Of a stretch of 64,000 bases of DNA, positions 31,501 to 47,396 are shown one piece after another; the stretch's first letter is position 1; each line of letters opens with the position of its first letter. Origin of the DNA: Kondoa subrosea (taxonomy: Eukaryota); assembly GCA_039545335.1 (NCBI GenBank), contig BCIN01000009.1:310001-374000 (forward strand), written 5' to 3'. The translations under genes were made by a program, and so were the position numbers. Below the pieces are notes generated by a model. It saw only the letters and a list, made by a program, of their open reading frames with translations. It was not told the origin of the DNA and made no database searches.

Positions 31501-32013
31501 AACAGTGGCCGAAGACATGGTTTGTTGGGGACAGTGTATGATATGCATCCGCCCGGATCGAGTTCTTCAAGTGTTGACGGTCAACTCGTGCGTATATCGT
31601 TTACTGTCATGATTGATTTCACTAATGAATGCATGCAGGCTCGGAATTTCCAAGGACTCTCTGCTGCGGACGGTCAATGGAGTCAACCGAATTACGATTT
31701 ATCGGCAGACGACAAGCAATTCAATCTCTTCACTTCTGCTTCCTTCCAACACCCACAAGCTCAATTTAATTCGATACAACATCCAGGAACGACAGATCCC
31801 TATGCTGGTCATGTTCGATCTGATTCTCGACAGTCCACCCAAAGCTATCATTCTCTGCCTGCAGAATTGGGCGACAATCGCTCAGCTTTATCACTTCCTT
31901 TCTTACCACAAATGTTGAGCAATGCTCCACCTTCGCAAGATGCTGGTTCACCTGCGTTGTACAAGTTATCAGCTCGACCTACACCTTCTCCTGATCATCA
32001 TGATAGACATTAA
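28549..32013 (+). CDS. Ime2/MAK/Crk1-type protein kinase with long disordered C-terminus
   Basis: [43 protein letters not shown]. Confidence 0.92.
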
Positions 32014-32184
32014 TTTCGTTTTCACTGGGTTCTCATCATCGTTTTTATATGATGCTTTTGTATGTAATATTTCGGGGGACCATTTTTTTAGCGCAGAATA
32101 TTACGCATGCAGTTGTGGCATTTTCGTTCACTGTGATTTCCCCATGTTTTTGAGCGAAGGTAAACCTGCAACAAGACCTTGGCT

Positions 32185-34535
32185 ATGTTGAACTGGTTAT
32201 TCTGTCGCCCACCAGAAGTGGAAGCACCTAGAGCGATTCTAGCTCGTCCGATTACTAGCGAGAAGCAATCCCTGCAGAGAGCTGTGTCGGCTGATGCACA
32301 AGAATTGGAGCTACCTGCCTACTCTTCCGCTCGGTTCGGACAGCATGAGACTACTGCAACGTGTGCTATCAAGCGCCTCTTTGTCTTTTGTGGAAGCAAG
32401 CTGAAGTGTTTGATTACAGCATTGAGGACAAGATTGATTCGCTCAATAAAGAACTTCGAGCTTTCAGTCTAGACATGCATGATCATGTTCGTCTTTCTTA
32501 CTTCTGTGTTTCCTAACATCTTTCGCTCACGTTTGCTTCAGCCCGAAATCGCTTGGGAGGAACACCGAACTCATGATATCTTGGTCAAGTTTATGAAAGA
32601 GCATGGCTTTAAGGTTACTCCACATGCTTATGGAATAGGTATACATTTACGCTCACAGAGGGACTCTTTGGTTGCTGATTCTTTGTGTTAAGAAACGGCT
32701 TGGGAAGCTACTTATCAACACAAGCAAGGTGGAAGGACGATAGGCTTCAATTCTGAGGAAGACGCTCTGCCGAGTAAGCAGGAGCTCAGCATATCACTAA
32801 GTGATTGGTCTCAGCTCCTGTCTACAGAAGTAGGACATGCGTAAGTTGCTGCGGGCATATTTGATTTGATAGCTGCTTGACCTCCGGCTTCCTTACAGAT
32901 GTGGCCATAATCTCATCGCTATTGGCGGGATAGCCGCTGCGCTATCATGTGCAGAAGCTTTGAAGAAGGTACGATATCAGCACTTTGAGTCACGTTTTGG
33001 CCTAAGTGGGTATGGAATAGCACGATATTCCCGGCAAGATTGTTCTTCTGGGCACGCCAGCTGAGGAAAGAGGAGGAGGCAAGATCAAGCTAGTGAGTAC
33101 TTGTCAAATCATCCGCATTGGGATGTATGCCTCACCCGGGACGTCACAGATCGAGAAAGGAGCATACAAACAGGTCAGTATCGGATCTTGAAGCATTCCA
33201 GAACGCTATCCAACTCCAAACCCCTGACAGATGGATCTTTGCTTGATGATTCACCCTACACCTTTATCAGGCTTGATACCTATGCTTGCAGTCTCAGAAG
33301 TGATAGTGGAGTTCTTTGGGCAGTATGTTCAATCTTCCCTACCCTAGTGTCCGAGCTGATCAGCCTGCAGTGGTGCTCACGCAGCTATGGCACCTCACGA
33401 AGGTATAAACGCGCTCGACGCTGCTGTCGTAAGCCCACAAACCCTCTTCGCAGCACTGTTGCTTACTCAAGCTTGTGTCTTGACAGACAACGTATAACGC
33501 TATCTCGGTCATGCGACAACAATTACTTCCTTCAGATCGAGCCCATGCCATTATTTTGATGAATGAGAATGCGCCGGTAAACAGTACGTCCTTCTATCTT
33601 TGCGCTGTACAGCAGCTGGATGATAAGTTTGTGATGTACAGTCATTCCGGATTATTGTAAGATGAAATGTGCAGTCCGGGTTTGTTAATCTGAAGTATTG
33701 CTCCTTCGAAGCTAAATGCTCAGATCGACGAACAGTCCTTCGAATATAAACGTCTGGTCGATCTGCAAAAACGGCTCGAGAACTGTATACAAGCAGGAAC
33801 CGTTTCCTCTGGTTGCAAAGTGAAGATGGAATGGGATTACGTGCGTCTATCTGGTGTTGCTTTGCAATCTCGATTGCTTAAAACAGCGGATATACGTACA
33901 GACCTATAAGGATCTTCGAAACAATTCTGCTTTGGGTCAAGAATATATCGAATATATGAAGACGCTTGGAGTGGACGTACCTATCACGCATGATGCATTA
34001 GGTAGTACAGATTTCGCGCGTCTGCATACTTATTCGCAACAAGGGGGAAACTGATATGGATTTCTGTAGGGTAATGTCTCTTATGAAGTTCCAGCTTTGC
34101 ATCCAATGTTTTCGGTCAGTCGTCTCTTACCTGAAGGCAATAATGTCTTAGCTTGGTTTGCGGCGTTGACAGATCCCAACTGGTGGACCTGGAAATGGTA
34201 TAAATCTAGCTCTTGCCACTAATGCTCCCTGTACTGACACAACCGTATTCTAGGTAATCATACACCTGGATTTACTGATGCTGCAAGAACGAAAGCTGCA
34301 CATGAAGAAGCTATCAAATCTGCTAAAGGAATGGCTGTAGCTGGGTTCAGAGCTTTCATCGTAAGTCGATCGAACGCGAGAACGTGTAATGCGAGAACCT
34401 GATACATTATCCATGACAGGATGAAGATTATTACAAGAAGGTATGTCAAATAATTCTGCATCAAATACGGCTAAAACTACTCCCTATTAGGTGAAAGAGG
34501 CGTTTGAACAGGACAAGAAAGAGAGATCCAAATGA
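32185..34535 (+). CDS. Peptidase M20 family amidohydrolase (PM20D2/ACY1L2-like); many small exons
   Basis: HPEIAWEE, DALP..GHACGHN, GTPAEE.GGGK, GINALDA, GSTDFGNVSY, GNHT. Confidence 0.9.
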
Positions 34536-35116
34536 TTCTTTTCCGCCGGACAATAACTGTAAAACAATGCAATGTAATCAGTACTTTTTCCTTGCAACTG
34601 CTTTTAATGGAAAGAGCAAGCAAGGAGTCTCAGCTTCGCCTTTGATCTGCATTCTGACCCTAAAAAGCGCATTCTGTCTTTTTCAAAGACAAATTGCTGG
34701 GGATCACGTATAGAGACCGGGTTAGTTTAGCTTACATAGACTATCATCAAGGAAAAGATATATGTAGAAAGAAGCAAGAAGAAAGTGGTACTCACATTGG
34801 AAATGAGAAAAGTTGCGTGTAGATTGATGAAAATGTTGAAGTAACCAGGTCATCGCCATAGCATGCCCTTGCGATGCAGAGTCCTACCTCAAGACAAACG
34901 CGGGAAACCCTCAGAGCAATGGTTTTTAGGACTTCTCTACAAAAAGACATGAAGCCCTTGTAGGAATATTTGATCTTGGACAAGTTGTCTGGACACAGGA
35001 AACGTGTACGCCTGTAAACTCTCGAGCATGACAGAATAAGGCGCAGAGTGCCTCATGTGTAATTTCACGTCCTTGTAAGAAGAAAAGAGAGAGCTCGCCA
35101 GAAATTGAAATTTTTC

Positions 35117-35123
35117 TGAGTCA
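35117..35123. promoter_or_regulatory. Gcn4/Cpc1-type site TGAGTCA upstream of homocitrate synthase
   Basis: Exact TGA(C/G)TCA about 190 bp upstream of ATG 35311. Confidence 0.5.
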
Positions 35124-35310
35124 CTTCGCGACCACCGATAACTCCTGACCTCGACTGTGCTTTCTTCTACGACGGGACTATACTCGATTTCTACTGCTGA
35201 AGAATCGCGTTCCACTTGCTGCTTGATTTATCGCTTTCCGCCTTTAAACTCCACTAAAAAGGACTCAATACCAAGCCTTTACTCTCTTCTTCTGCAACCA
35301 ATTCAACACT

Positions 35311-37341
<2,031 letters not shown>

Positions 37342-37661
37342 ATCTCTGAATAGACAAGTCATGGTTTTTGTATTCTTTCCTTTGGTAAAAGAGTTATAAT
37401 GTAGTTAGTTTGCTTCTTGCTTCTTGCTCCTTTGCGACTCTCCTACTACTGTATGATACTTCGGCATCATGGTCTTACTCTTTCCGCATTGTCGCTACAT
37501 TGCATCGCCGCTCTAACCGTTCTGTGATTTTTTGTAGTTGACAAAAAGCGTGAAGCGTGTGCCCATACGAGAAGTTTACGAAGCAGAATTGCGGATTTTA
37601 TCATCTCACGGCATGCATTTCGCTACTCTCGTTGTACGGAACCCGCTTAATAGTAATGATC

Positions 37662-37911
37662 CTACTTCTTAGCATAAGCACCATTGTTACTACCCCGAGC
37701 TTGACCCTGAGCACCATAAGCATTGCCAGTGTTTGCGTTTCTGTCGCCAGCGGCTTGAGCACGAGCTGCAAAACCGGAGTAAGACATGTCTTTTCCACCT
37801 TGAGCCTGTTCAAAAAAGCTTCATTGAGCGATAGGACTGATGTAAGGAAAGAAGACTTACTTGACCGCTTTGAATGCGAGAAGCATCGGACTGGGACATC
37901 TTGCCTGACAT
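37662..37911 (-). CDS. Small SMP/LEA-like stress protein
   Basis: MSQSDASRIQSGQ|AQGGKDMSYSGFAARAQAAGDRNAN, one intron; minus-strand TATAAAA near 38071-38077. Confidence 0.75.
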
Positions 37912-38173
37912 TGTATGTTGTGGGCTGTAGCGAGAGATGAGTCCCCAGAGATCAAGGTTCAGTTTCGCAAGCTGACTTTGGGATTTGGTAGTTGAAGTTA
38001 AGATAGTTTGAGGAGACCTGGTATGATGATTTTTTTTGGTGAGAAAAGAAGAAGAGAGGGAGAAGACGTCTTTTATAGGCTGAAAACAAATCAAGCCGCA
38101 GCAAATTCGAGCGCAAAAGCGCAAAGACATGTGACGATAGCGCAAAAGAGAAAAGTAGAAGATAAAGGATATC

Positions 38174-38198
38174 GATACGTATACGTATACGTATACGT
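38174..38198. repeat. (ATACGT)n microsatellite, self-complementary
   Basis: gatacgtatacgtatacgtatacgta read directly. Confidence 0.8.
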
Positions 38199-38438
38199 AA
38201 TTAGCGTTCTGATGGCTACTAAGAAGCTGAATGATGGCATTGAGCGCTTTCCAAAAGCAATGATGCCGAACAAAAGCAAATAACGTATAATCTGCGTCTA
38301 GAGCCCTATGGCTTCATGAGTATTCTCACGGTGAGGAGCGCGCCAGAATACTCACATTGAACGTTTTCGACAGCTTGTTTGCGCCCGTATTCGAAACATC
38401 GCTGTTCTCTGAACTTTACACCTTTGCCTCAAATGGAA

Positions 38439-39092
38439 CTATTGCAAGGCTCGCTTGACTGCCAAAGCAACATCTTTCCCTTCGGCTTTGCCTTCTGCCA
38501 ATCGCATGACTTCTTTCACTACTGGTCCCATGTTCTTTCCTTGTGTTTCGATTGCTTTCTGTATTAAGGCGGCCAGATCTGAAGCTAACATTCGACTAGG
38601 TTCGACCCCTTTCAAGAACTCATTGAGTACAGTGATTTCAGACTTGTAACTATCTGCTAAATCTTGTCTAGGTGGATTGAGTGCTGATCAATGTCTTAGA
38701 GCTGAGTTACACTGAATGATTGGGAGCTCACTGAGAAAGGCCTCAATGCCTTCTTTTCGCTTCGCTACTGCTTTCTGAATGACTTTGAGAGCTGAAGGCG
38801 CTGAAGGTAGTTTGGAAGCGGTTTGCACATCTCCCAGAACGCTCTGTTGTGATCATAAGCAGCCAAATTGGGGTCGGCTAGATAGAGCTGACTAACCTTT
38901 ATAATACCCGTCCGCACTGTGTCCCTAGCTCTCATACTATCCTGCGAAGACGTCAGCCTAGAAATGCACGCAGCACAAAGACGGGCTCACCTTTAAAGCT
39001 TGCCTCAAGAGCGTCTCCACGTCCGGCCCTCCAGTAGAATAGCTTCGTCGCAATGGTATCATCGCTGCTCTGCGCAGTATCAAGGTATTCAT
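38439..39092 (-). CDS. AIM41: GatB/YqeY-domain mitochondrial protein (Aim41-like)
   Basis: Arg-rich presequence ending RRSYS; LK.SMRARD, KRKEGIEAF, RQDLADSYKSEITVL, MGPVVK. Confidence 0.8.
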
Positions 39093-39452
39093 CTTGGCCG
39101 AGAAAGTGCAAGCATCTCAAAATTCAAGCAAGCTTTGTCCCGCTTTCTTGATGTCTCTTGATATCGTCTGCTCGCTGTCTTGTCTTGAAGTAACCCCGTC
39201 TCGCTGTCCCAGAACGGGTTTCTTTTGAAAAGTGATTTTGCCTTGCATTTGCTGTATCTGTCTCTGCCTTGGTCTCTCTTGGTTAGCCATGCTACACTCC
39301 AGGCTCGTCTGATTTCTATTTAAGTTCAGCGAGGCTAGACGTATCGTTCTACAACCTCTGGTTTCCCTTTGATAGAGCTTGGCATCTCCTTTTGACTCAT
39401 CTTTTGCTCTTGACTCTCAACCTGGTAGATTTCTATATTCTTTAGCGTCCTC

Positions 39453-40333
39453 ATGTCATCTCTACATCGAACAGAAATGCCTGCTGGTGAGCGCACTCGT
39501 TCAGAATTGCGAATCCTTGACTTTATCTTCTTCGACAGTAACTGTACATGTTGGCAATTACCAGACTGCCACAGATTCTGGACTACATTACATACCGGCT
39601 GGTTCTCATCCGTGGAAAGCTCATAAGGCTCCTGTGGTCATCAAACCGCAAAACGGAACCGTTCATCTGTTCTCTTCCGACAAGACAAGGGAGCAAGAAG
39701 AATTACAGGATGCAAAGCGACGTGAGATCTCGACCGTACAAAATTGGCTTGACAGCTGATTGCTACAACACAGACAAATGCGTTGACTTCTGGCCCGCAG
39801 CCCATACGGCAAAGAATTGCGTTCAATACGCTTATATCGACTACGATCTAGCTGCAATGATTCAAGAATGGGCGCATGCTTATCGCTCTCACGACCAGGC
39901 CGTGCTTGCTGGCGCTGATACCGTCTACCAATGGTGTCGATTTGTCTACGAAGCACTGCTATCGAAGCACTCACTAAGTGGTAGCACGATTGGTAGCATT
40001 CCGACCTCTGCAGCGGTCGTGGACAAAATGTTTGAGGTACACGGATCGGAAGCTATTCAGTATGCCCAAATCAAGCGACACACTGCTGAAGAGAAGGGCT
40101 ACAACGCGATACAGGTCCAAGCACTAATCCTCCCTAGCTCGACAATCCAGCGGTCGAAACAGCCCACTGGGCTCGGACAAGGCTTCGTGCTTGTCGACTT
40201 CAAAAAGATGAAAAGAGGTAGGAGAAAAATCGTGCTTCCGCAAATCATGGCTGAAGTATTTCTTCTGACAGCCGAGTGCTTTTTCATCGATAATGAGGGC
40301 AAAGTCATCGATAACCCGAAGTCTGGTCAGTGA
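39453..40333 (+). CDS. Hypothetical protein, two introns
   Basis: ATG 39453; GTGAGC..CAG and GTGAGA..CAG introns join ORFs 39379 and 39548 in frame. Confidence 0.55.
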
Positions 40334-40781
40334 TGAGGACTTTTGCAAGCTTGCGAAGCGTTCCAGAACTAGTTCACTAAGCCTCATTTGTACTGGCGTC
40401 TATTGTACACATTTACTATGCAACCGTACCCGGTGACATTTAGCTTGATGATTAGTCAGCACAGTGGGACTTTCAAGAAATTCAAGGCTTGTTTCTGTAC
40501 CGTTGCTGACACCAGCCCAACAACAATGTACCTGCACCGCTCTGCGCAGCTACGAATGGACACTGCTACGATGTCCGAGATAGGAGTCAAGTCACGCTTG
40601 AGCAGTTCTGTTTTCTTTTGCATTTCTTTCTCGACTGTTGCGCTTGCCCTGCACTATGACCTTGTGATACTGGAGCTTTTGGACGCTATTCCGCTGGTGT
40701 ACGGTCAGAAAGATCTGGATTTTGATACCCCTGCACCGTTCCGACATACGCGCTTCCCATAGTCAACTTTGATCTTGACGA

Positions 40782-43254
40782 ATGCCTACCTGTCCGCATC
40801 ATGAAACTCCGGAAGATCCAAGACCACTATTCTACGATGGGTCGGTCGTAGCTTCAACGTCAAAATGCAGCTGATCATCTGCTGCAGAGAGCTTGATCTC
40901 AAAGCTCATCAAGTCGGCTTCATCGTGACTGGAATCTTCTGCATCATAGCTTGCTCTGCAAATGGATGGTTGATCTCGAAGCATCTAGCATTGTCAGCAT
41001 TTCATCAGTCTGACTGAAACCAACTGAGTATATTCACAGCTATACCAACAAAAGGCAACAGAGGCAGATTGTCAGGATCTTATTCATGATACCTTGTTAC
41101 AGTATCGTTTCATGGCTGTCGTACTACTTCTGGCAACAGGTATATGACTCGTTCCTTTAGTTAAGCCAAATCTTACTTCCTTTCAGGCCTTATACTTCCA
41201 ACTTGTCCGAGATTGCTACGAAGCCTTCGTTCTCACTAGCTTCTTCTATCTCCTCTTGGCATACCTGGGAGATACGCCGGCTGAACAGAAACAAGCTTTC
41301 AAGAGGATCAAGTTAGAGAAATGGATGTTTCCCCTTGGAAGATGGAGATATAGACCATCTTCTGGCTTACACTTTGTTTGGCTTTGCAAGTGGTTCATTC
41401 TGCAGTATGTGGTTCTCCGACGTGAGTGACGACAATCGGCCGAAAACCTTCAGACTGATCAAAGGATGCAGCTTTGTGCACTCTGGCCGCATGCATCTCC
41501 AATGCTCTGGGCTATTACTGTGCTCTGAGTTGGTCTCCGCTCTTTGTACATGTAAGCTTTACCAGATACAGCCGATGTAGCTTTTGACTTGAAAGCGCAA
41601 CAGGTCTGGACTACGGGCATCATCACTATATCAGTCACATTTGCTCTATATATCGTTCTACAGTTCACTGTTGTCCTTAAATCAGAATTAGAAGAGTTCA
41701 AACCAATGCTAAAGTTCTTTGTTGTCAAAGGACTGGTCTTTCTGATATTGTAAGCATATCCCGCCGAATTGAATACAACGTTTCTGATCGCCCGACAGCT
41801 GGCAATACGTTTTGTTGGCTGTCCTGATGTACTTCAACGTGATTCGAGAGACAAAGTATTGGTCTCAGGAAGAAGTCGGCGTAGGCTATGAAGCTCTCTT
41901 GATTACCTTTGAAATGGTCATTTTCGCCTTTCTACATATCAAAGCCTTCTCTTACCTACCATACCGTCCACCTGGATTCGATGCGGATGCAAGAAAAGCT
42001 CTACAAACGAATAGATGGAAGGCTTTTTGTAATGTGATTGACTACCGTGATGTTGGCCGGGAACTAGGAGAAGGAACCATCTACATGGGACAAAAGGTCA
42101 AGGGAAAGGCAGAAGTAGATCGAAGAGCTGATATGGAAGCTATCTTTGAGAAAGTCAGGGAAGAGTCAGCTGAAGTGATTTGCGAAAAGAAGGGAAAAAA
42201 GAATAGACAACAAGAGATGAGTGAGATTGAGAAAGAACTGCAAAGAGTCAAAGCCATGGGAACAGAAGAGCAGCCTAGACCATCATTCGCTGCAAGTGGA
42301 CAGGACTTATTACCCGAGTCACCTCGAACATCAAGAGACCTGGATTCTGATCGCATGCTGCAAGAATCGGATGACATTCGCTATCCATCGGAACTTGCTT
42401 ACGACTCTCTATATTCTGATCCTTTTGAATGCTACGATCGCATAGCACCAATTCGGACGACCAGTTCTGCTCCCAAAACACAGTCAAATGGTAAGTATAC
42501 AGCGCTTGGTCTACAAGAGGACTTGGATGAGAAAGCTCCTGTCCATTCCGCAACAGATGACAGGCAGCCTCACAGCAAGAAAGAAGGTTTAGGCTACGAG
42601 AATCGCAGACCCAAGAAGTCAGATCGCTCATGGTGGCCAAGCTTACGGAACAAGAAAGAGCCTGTTCCTATTCCAAATGTCCAAGATGCTCAACTCCGCG
42701 CATCTGATCTATGGCTTGGAGGTGTTCCATCAGTACAACCCGCTCAAGCAATATCGACTCGTCCAGCCGAAAGAAAAGCCCTGCCAGTTCAGCAACGCTA
42801 CTCTTCAGCTCTTTCTGAACCTCAATCTCAAGCTCGACAACTAGTCATGCCATCTCCATTATCACCTTCTCGATATCCTTCCATGCCCTCTGCCAATATA
42901 CAACCATCTCGTTCTTCTTTTGCGCCTTCAAACCGATCGACTTCCTACGTGCAGTCGCGCAGGCTGTCGCTCGACGGTCGATATCCTCTTCCACAAGCAC
43001 CTCGCCCTACTCGGCAGGTCACAGCGCCAGAGATGCAATTTTCTCGTTCACATAGGCCGACTAGCTATCCCGCCGTTTCGTTTGCATCAAGTTCTCGTTC
43101 GATTAAGATTGTTCCTTCTCGACCTCATCAAACAAGAATGGTGAGTACGTCAGCGAATGACAAGGGTCTAACGGAGTTTGGCCAATGGTCAGACAGACCT
43201 CGAATAGGAGCTAAGGGATCTCCTAATTCGCCGTTCCTTTTCGAAGAATGCTAG
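40782..43254 (+). CDS. OSTalpha/TMEM184 family organic solute transporter
   Basis: QRQIVRILFMIP.Y, RDCYEAFV, KFFVVK, LITFEMVIFAFLH.KAFSY. Confidence 0.9.
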
Positions 43255-43319
43255 TAATATAGAGTGTTGTTTGTACATTGTGATTTTGTGCATAGAGGTT
43301 TTCGTTAGATACATGGTTT

Positions 43320-44843
43320 TTACCAGGATCTTACTTCCACATCCAAACACTTGTGCAGACCAGCTGCTTCCTCTTCTACTTTCCTCAACTCTGCTTGCTT
43401 AAAGTATGGTAGAACAGCTACTTTCAATGTATTCTCAAAGAGTCGGTCGATGACTCCTGATAATCGATCGCCGGTTTGAGCAAAGTCGGGACAAGCGTTG
43501 ATCTCGAGAAGATAAGGTTGCAGAGCATCGCTGACAAGATCGAGTCAGTCAGGTAGGTCAATGAATCCCGGAGCAGAACTGACTCGAGCAAGAAATCGAC
43601 ACCATAAAGCTCAAAAGCATTGGGTAAGGGCTACGTAGTAGATCAGTTTGTAGATTCCTCTGCTATAGGTGAATTCGCACCTGGAATTGACTACCTGATC
43701 CCAGAGCAGCTTTCCAAGCCTCTGCTAAGAGATCACTGATTTGCGCAAACACCCTGTCCACATCTTCGTTCTCCAATTCTTTCTCTCCAGCTGCGAGCTT
43801 TGCCCGGCAGCCAACAAGATCATCGAAGAGATGAACATTCGGATTGTCTTGTGAAGGCAGATCCTGTAAGCAGGTATTCGTCAGATGACTTGCGAGGTCG
43901 TAGAGGTCGGTCCCTTGGTCTACAGCTTCTTGTGGAGGGAATTGGTAAGCCGAATCAGCGAATAAGGCCAGGATATCTTGCGAGACATATAACCTAGTCT
44001 TCAGAGTCAAAGTGGTCAATCGAGCAATTTCCATCAGAACACACCTTAGTGCACCGACAGCGAGTACATATACTCTCAAATGGAACTTGCGAAAGGTGTT
44101 TGAGTCTTTTGGCCTGACCAACAGTGGATTCGATATATACGCCTGCCGATGTGTCAGAAATCGATATGTATGATAGGGCGAGCTCACCTGTACTACCCAG
44201 TATCTCATTTGCCCTAGTGACATCTCTTTACCTTCTTCGCTGTCGGACTCTTCTTCGCTATCATCTTCATGCCCTTCCAGTATCCGCATCAGATCTTCTT
44301 GAGACTGGAACAGCTGTATCCCTTGGCCGCGATCAGCCATTGCTGGTTTCAGTATCCACCATTTCTTCGACTCAGGATCATCGAAAGCTTCCTTCAGCTC
44401 GTAGAGATCATCGAGCAGTAAGTCCTCCAATTCATCGGCGAAAGATATTTGGAAAGTGTATGTTTCTGGTACACCTGCTTTGAGCGATGATTCGGGATGC
44501 TTTGCGAGGTATTGTGCCACTGTGGTAGGGAAATGATGCTTCCTTATCAAAGCCTGCATTACATTTTTTGTCAAGATACCACCGACTGGCTCTTGGGATG
44601 TCAAGTCACCTTTCGTATCACGTATGCGTTCAACAGACAGCGGTCTTCCATTCCCCAATCCCAGACCAGTGCATCATAATCAGAAAATTGAAGAACAGCA
44701 CCAGACGAGGGAAATGAGTCCAGGGAAGTGACTAGGCTCCAGTCTGCAAGGACTTTAGCTGCTGCTTGTCGAATGGCATCTCTGGTATAGTCTGCGCCGG
44801 CTGGGTAGTCGACCAGAATTGTGCCTTGAGAGGAATTGGCCAT
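43320..44843 (-). CDS. Tubulin-tyrosine ligase family ATP-grasp protein (Pby1-like C-terminal domain)
   Basis: WILKPAMADRGQGI, RKFHLRVYVL, HLTNTCLQ, FELYGVDFL, LLEINACPDF. Confidence 0.88.
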
Positions 44844-45270
44844 TGAATGAAGAAAGCGAAAAAACAAGAGCGTTGTTCATTGGGCCCAAGCTGTTCTGGA
44901 TGTCCTGGACCACTGCGTGTGCTGAACTGCGGAATATCAACGCGAAGCCTTTGGTCATGCTTCTTTTGCTCGAATCTAAATCATCTGATAGGCATCTGCC
45001 AGCTAGGAAGTACTTTGGCGTCTTGTATAAGTGTTCTGCTTCTATGTACATGTAGGTATCCTGTTGCATGCTGCTGAAGCCTCCTACAAGCCTTTGCATG
45101 CGTCTTCAGCGCGAATTGCAATATGAACTACTGATTCCTCGAAAAGCCATCCTTGATTCTCAAGCGTGCCTTCAAGTACACAAGCCTCACATAGAGCAAG
45201 CCTGCTATCATGATTCTTCACAAATGGATCAAGATGTCTTCTCTTGCTCTCATTCACATATCAGATCAGA

Positions 45271-46853
45271 ATGGTTTACACAATTGCCATTGCTTGCCTT
45301 GTCGCCGCTCGTGCTCTAGCCTTGCCCATCTCTCTACCAGCTCCTCATGCTTTTGATGATGTTCAACCTCTTCTATTTGGAGCAGGAGGAGCAGTCATGA
45401 TATCTAGTACAGAAGATCTGCAAACTCCCGCTTTCACATCGCAAGAAGCTCAATCCACAACGAGTTCTGGACAATTACCCACATCCACATCGACCGCGGA
45501 ATTGATCTTGCCAACAATCACATCGATTGCAGAATCGCTGCAGCCTATCACCTCATCCAGTGCCGATGCTCTATCTATCTTGGTTCTGCCAGCGCCGAGC
45601 ACCGAGACCACTACTTCCTTCGCCAGCGCAACACCTACTCAGCCTTTGAGCACCTCAACCTCGTCAGTACAGCCATCAGTAGCTTCGTCATCCGGATCAT
45701 CAAGCTCCTGGGCTCTCAATCCAGCTTTCACAGACATTCAAGATGGTTTCGGCGTTACGAAACTCACTTGGGGCTCCACTCTCGCTAGCGTTATTCCAGC
45801 TGTTCCTTCGACCGCATGGGCCACCGCGTCAGCTTCACCATCTATGATAGCGCCTGATTCTTCACCTGTTCCTGCACCTGCAGCACCAACTGGCAATGTC
45901 TTGCAAGTCAAATATCCAAAAGGAAGCATCAATCCCGATCCATCACATACTGGAGGAGTTGGTTTCTATGCTACACCAGCCGATATCACTCAAGCCAACA
46001 ACATTTCTCTGTCGTACAGCATCTTCTTTCCTGCTGATTTCGAGTTCAATAAGGGCGGGAAATTACCAGGCATGGATGGTGGTCATGGAGGTTGCTCAGG
46101 CGGCAAGAATGCCGACGACTGTTTCTCTACAAGGTTGATGTGGAGACAAGATGGATTGGGAGAGCTTTACTTGTATGGTAAGCCTGCTCTGCACGATTCG
46201 CTCGAACTAAAGCTGATTATTCCTTTCTTTCTGCAACAGCTCCTCACAAACAACCTCAATCTTTATGCAGTCTCGGACCTAAAACTTATTGCGACACTGC
46301 TTATGGTGCTTCTATCGGTCGAGGTGCTTGGACATGGGCTAGAGGCAATTGGACTCACGTTCGAACGGATGTTTGGCTCAACACACCTGGTCTACCTGAT
46401 GGAGGTTTCAACATCTGGGTCAACAATGAGCTGGTCTTACATTCCGATACTGTTCTCTATCGAAATGCTGTCGACGCTTCATCAACTTTCACATCCGCTT
46501 CGTCTACTCCAAAAGTCAAGTTAACTCAAATTCTGCCAACTGTTGTCCCGACTGCCAGCAATCTCATCGGCGATGTCCTAGGCGGCGGTCTAGTCCTAGA
46601 TCGTCTCTTACTTGCTGGATCTACTTCTACTATAACCTCGGATTCGGATTCAGATTCAGATGTTCAAGATCTCTCAACTGAACCAGTGGATGAAGATCTG
46701 AGTAACTCAGCTCAAGTTCTAGCTAGCAAGAAGCCAATCGGCTTCAAATCGATCATGTTTCAAACTTTCTTTGGCGGACATGAAAGTCAATGGGCATCTC
46801 CAAAGGATCAGTACAGTTACTTTGCAGATGTCAAGCTGGCAGTGAACAGCTAA
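45271..46853 (+). CDS. Secreted polysaccharide lyase family 14 protein
   Basis: Signal peptide, S/T-rich linker, YPKGSINP, FNKGGKLPG, CFSTRLMWR, FQTFFGG..WASP. Confidence 0.88.
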
Positions 46854-47083
46854 GAAGGAGAAGAGCAGAATGGTCGAGCACAAAGCATCAATGTAGTTAC
46901 TTCGCGGATTCCGACTTCATGAACAGACGAGCAAATGATTCTGGGTTTTCATTAGGGTTGTTAGGATGTAAGGTATCTTGTATATATCGGAGGCTGTGGA
47001 AACAATGCGATGTGACTTTAACAAATTTTGACTTTGCGATTGACTTTCAATTGCATCTTCACCCTCTTTCTTTCGCATCCATT

Positions 47084-47396
47084 ATGTCACGCTCGAAATT
47101 GACCAAGACTGCTCCCGTAGCTCTAAAGAAGTCTAAGACCACTAAAGCTACAGCAGTCAAGCCAGAGAAAGCTCCCAAAAAGCGCGCAGCGAAAAAGTCG
47201 AAAACGAATGACCGAGATTTGATGGATACTCTGGATTTGGATATGACTAGTGCGAGAGGTGATCTGATCAGTGTAAGCGATATTGAGATGGAAGTTTGTG
47301 TGAGCCTGATGATGGAGATCAAAGAAACCTAAACCTCTTGCAAAGCCTATTACTAGCGCTGGCCTGGAACTGTCTTTGGAGAATGCAACGCTATAG
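47084..47396 (+). CDS. Small Lys-rich hypothetical protein
   Basis: ATG 47084; a GTAAGC..AAG intron continues the frame to ENATL*. Confidence 0.45.

Noticed and set aside
38597..38611. AGGTTCGACCCCT resembles a tRNA T-arm/B-box
   Set aside because: Lies in AIM41 coding sequence; no acceptor stem or D-arm found.
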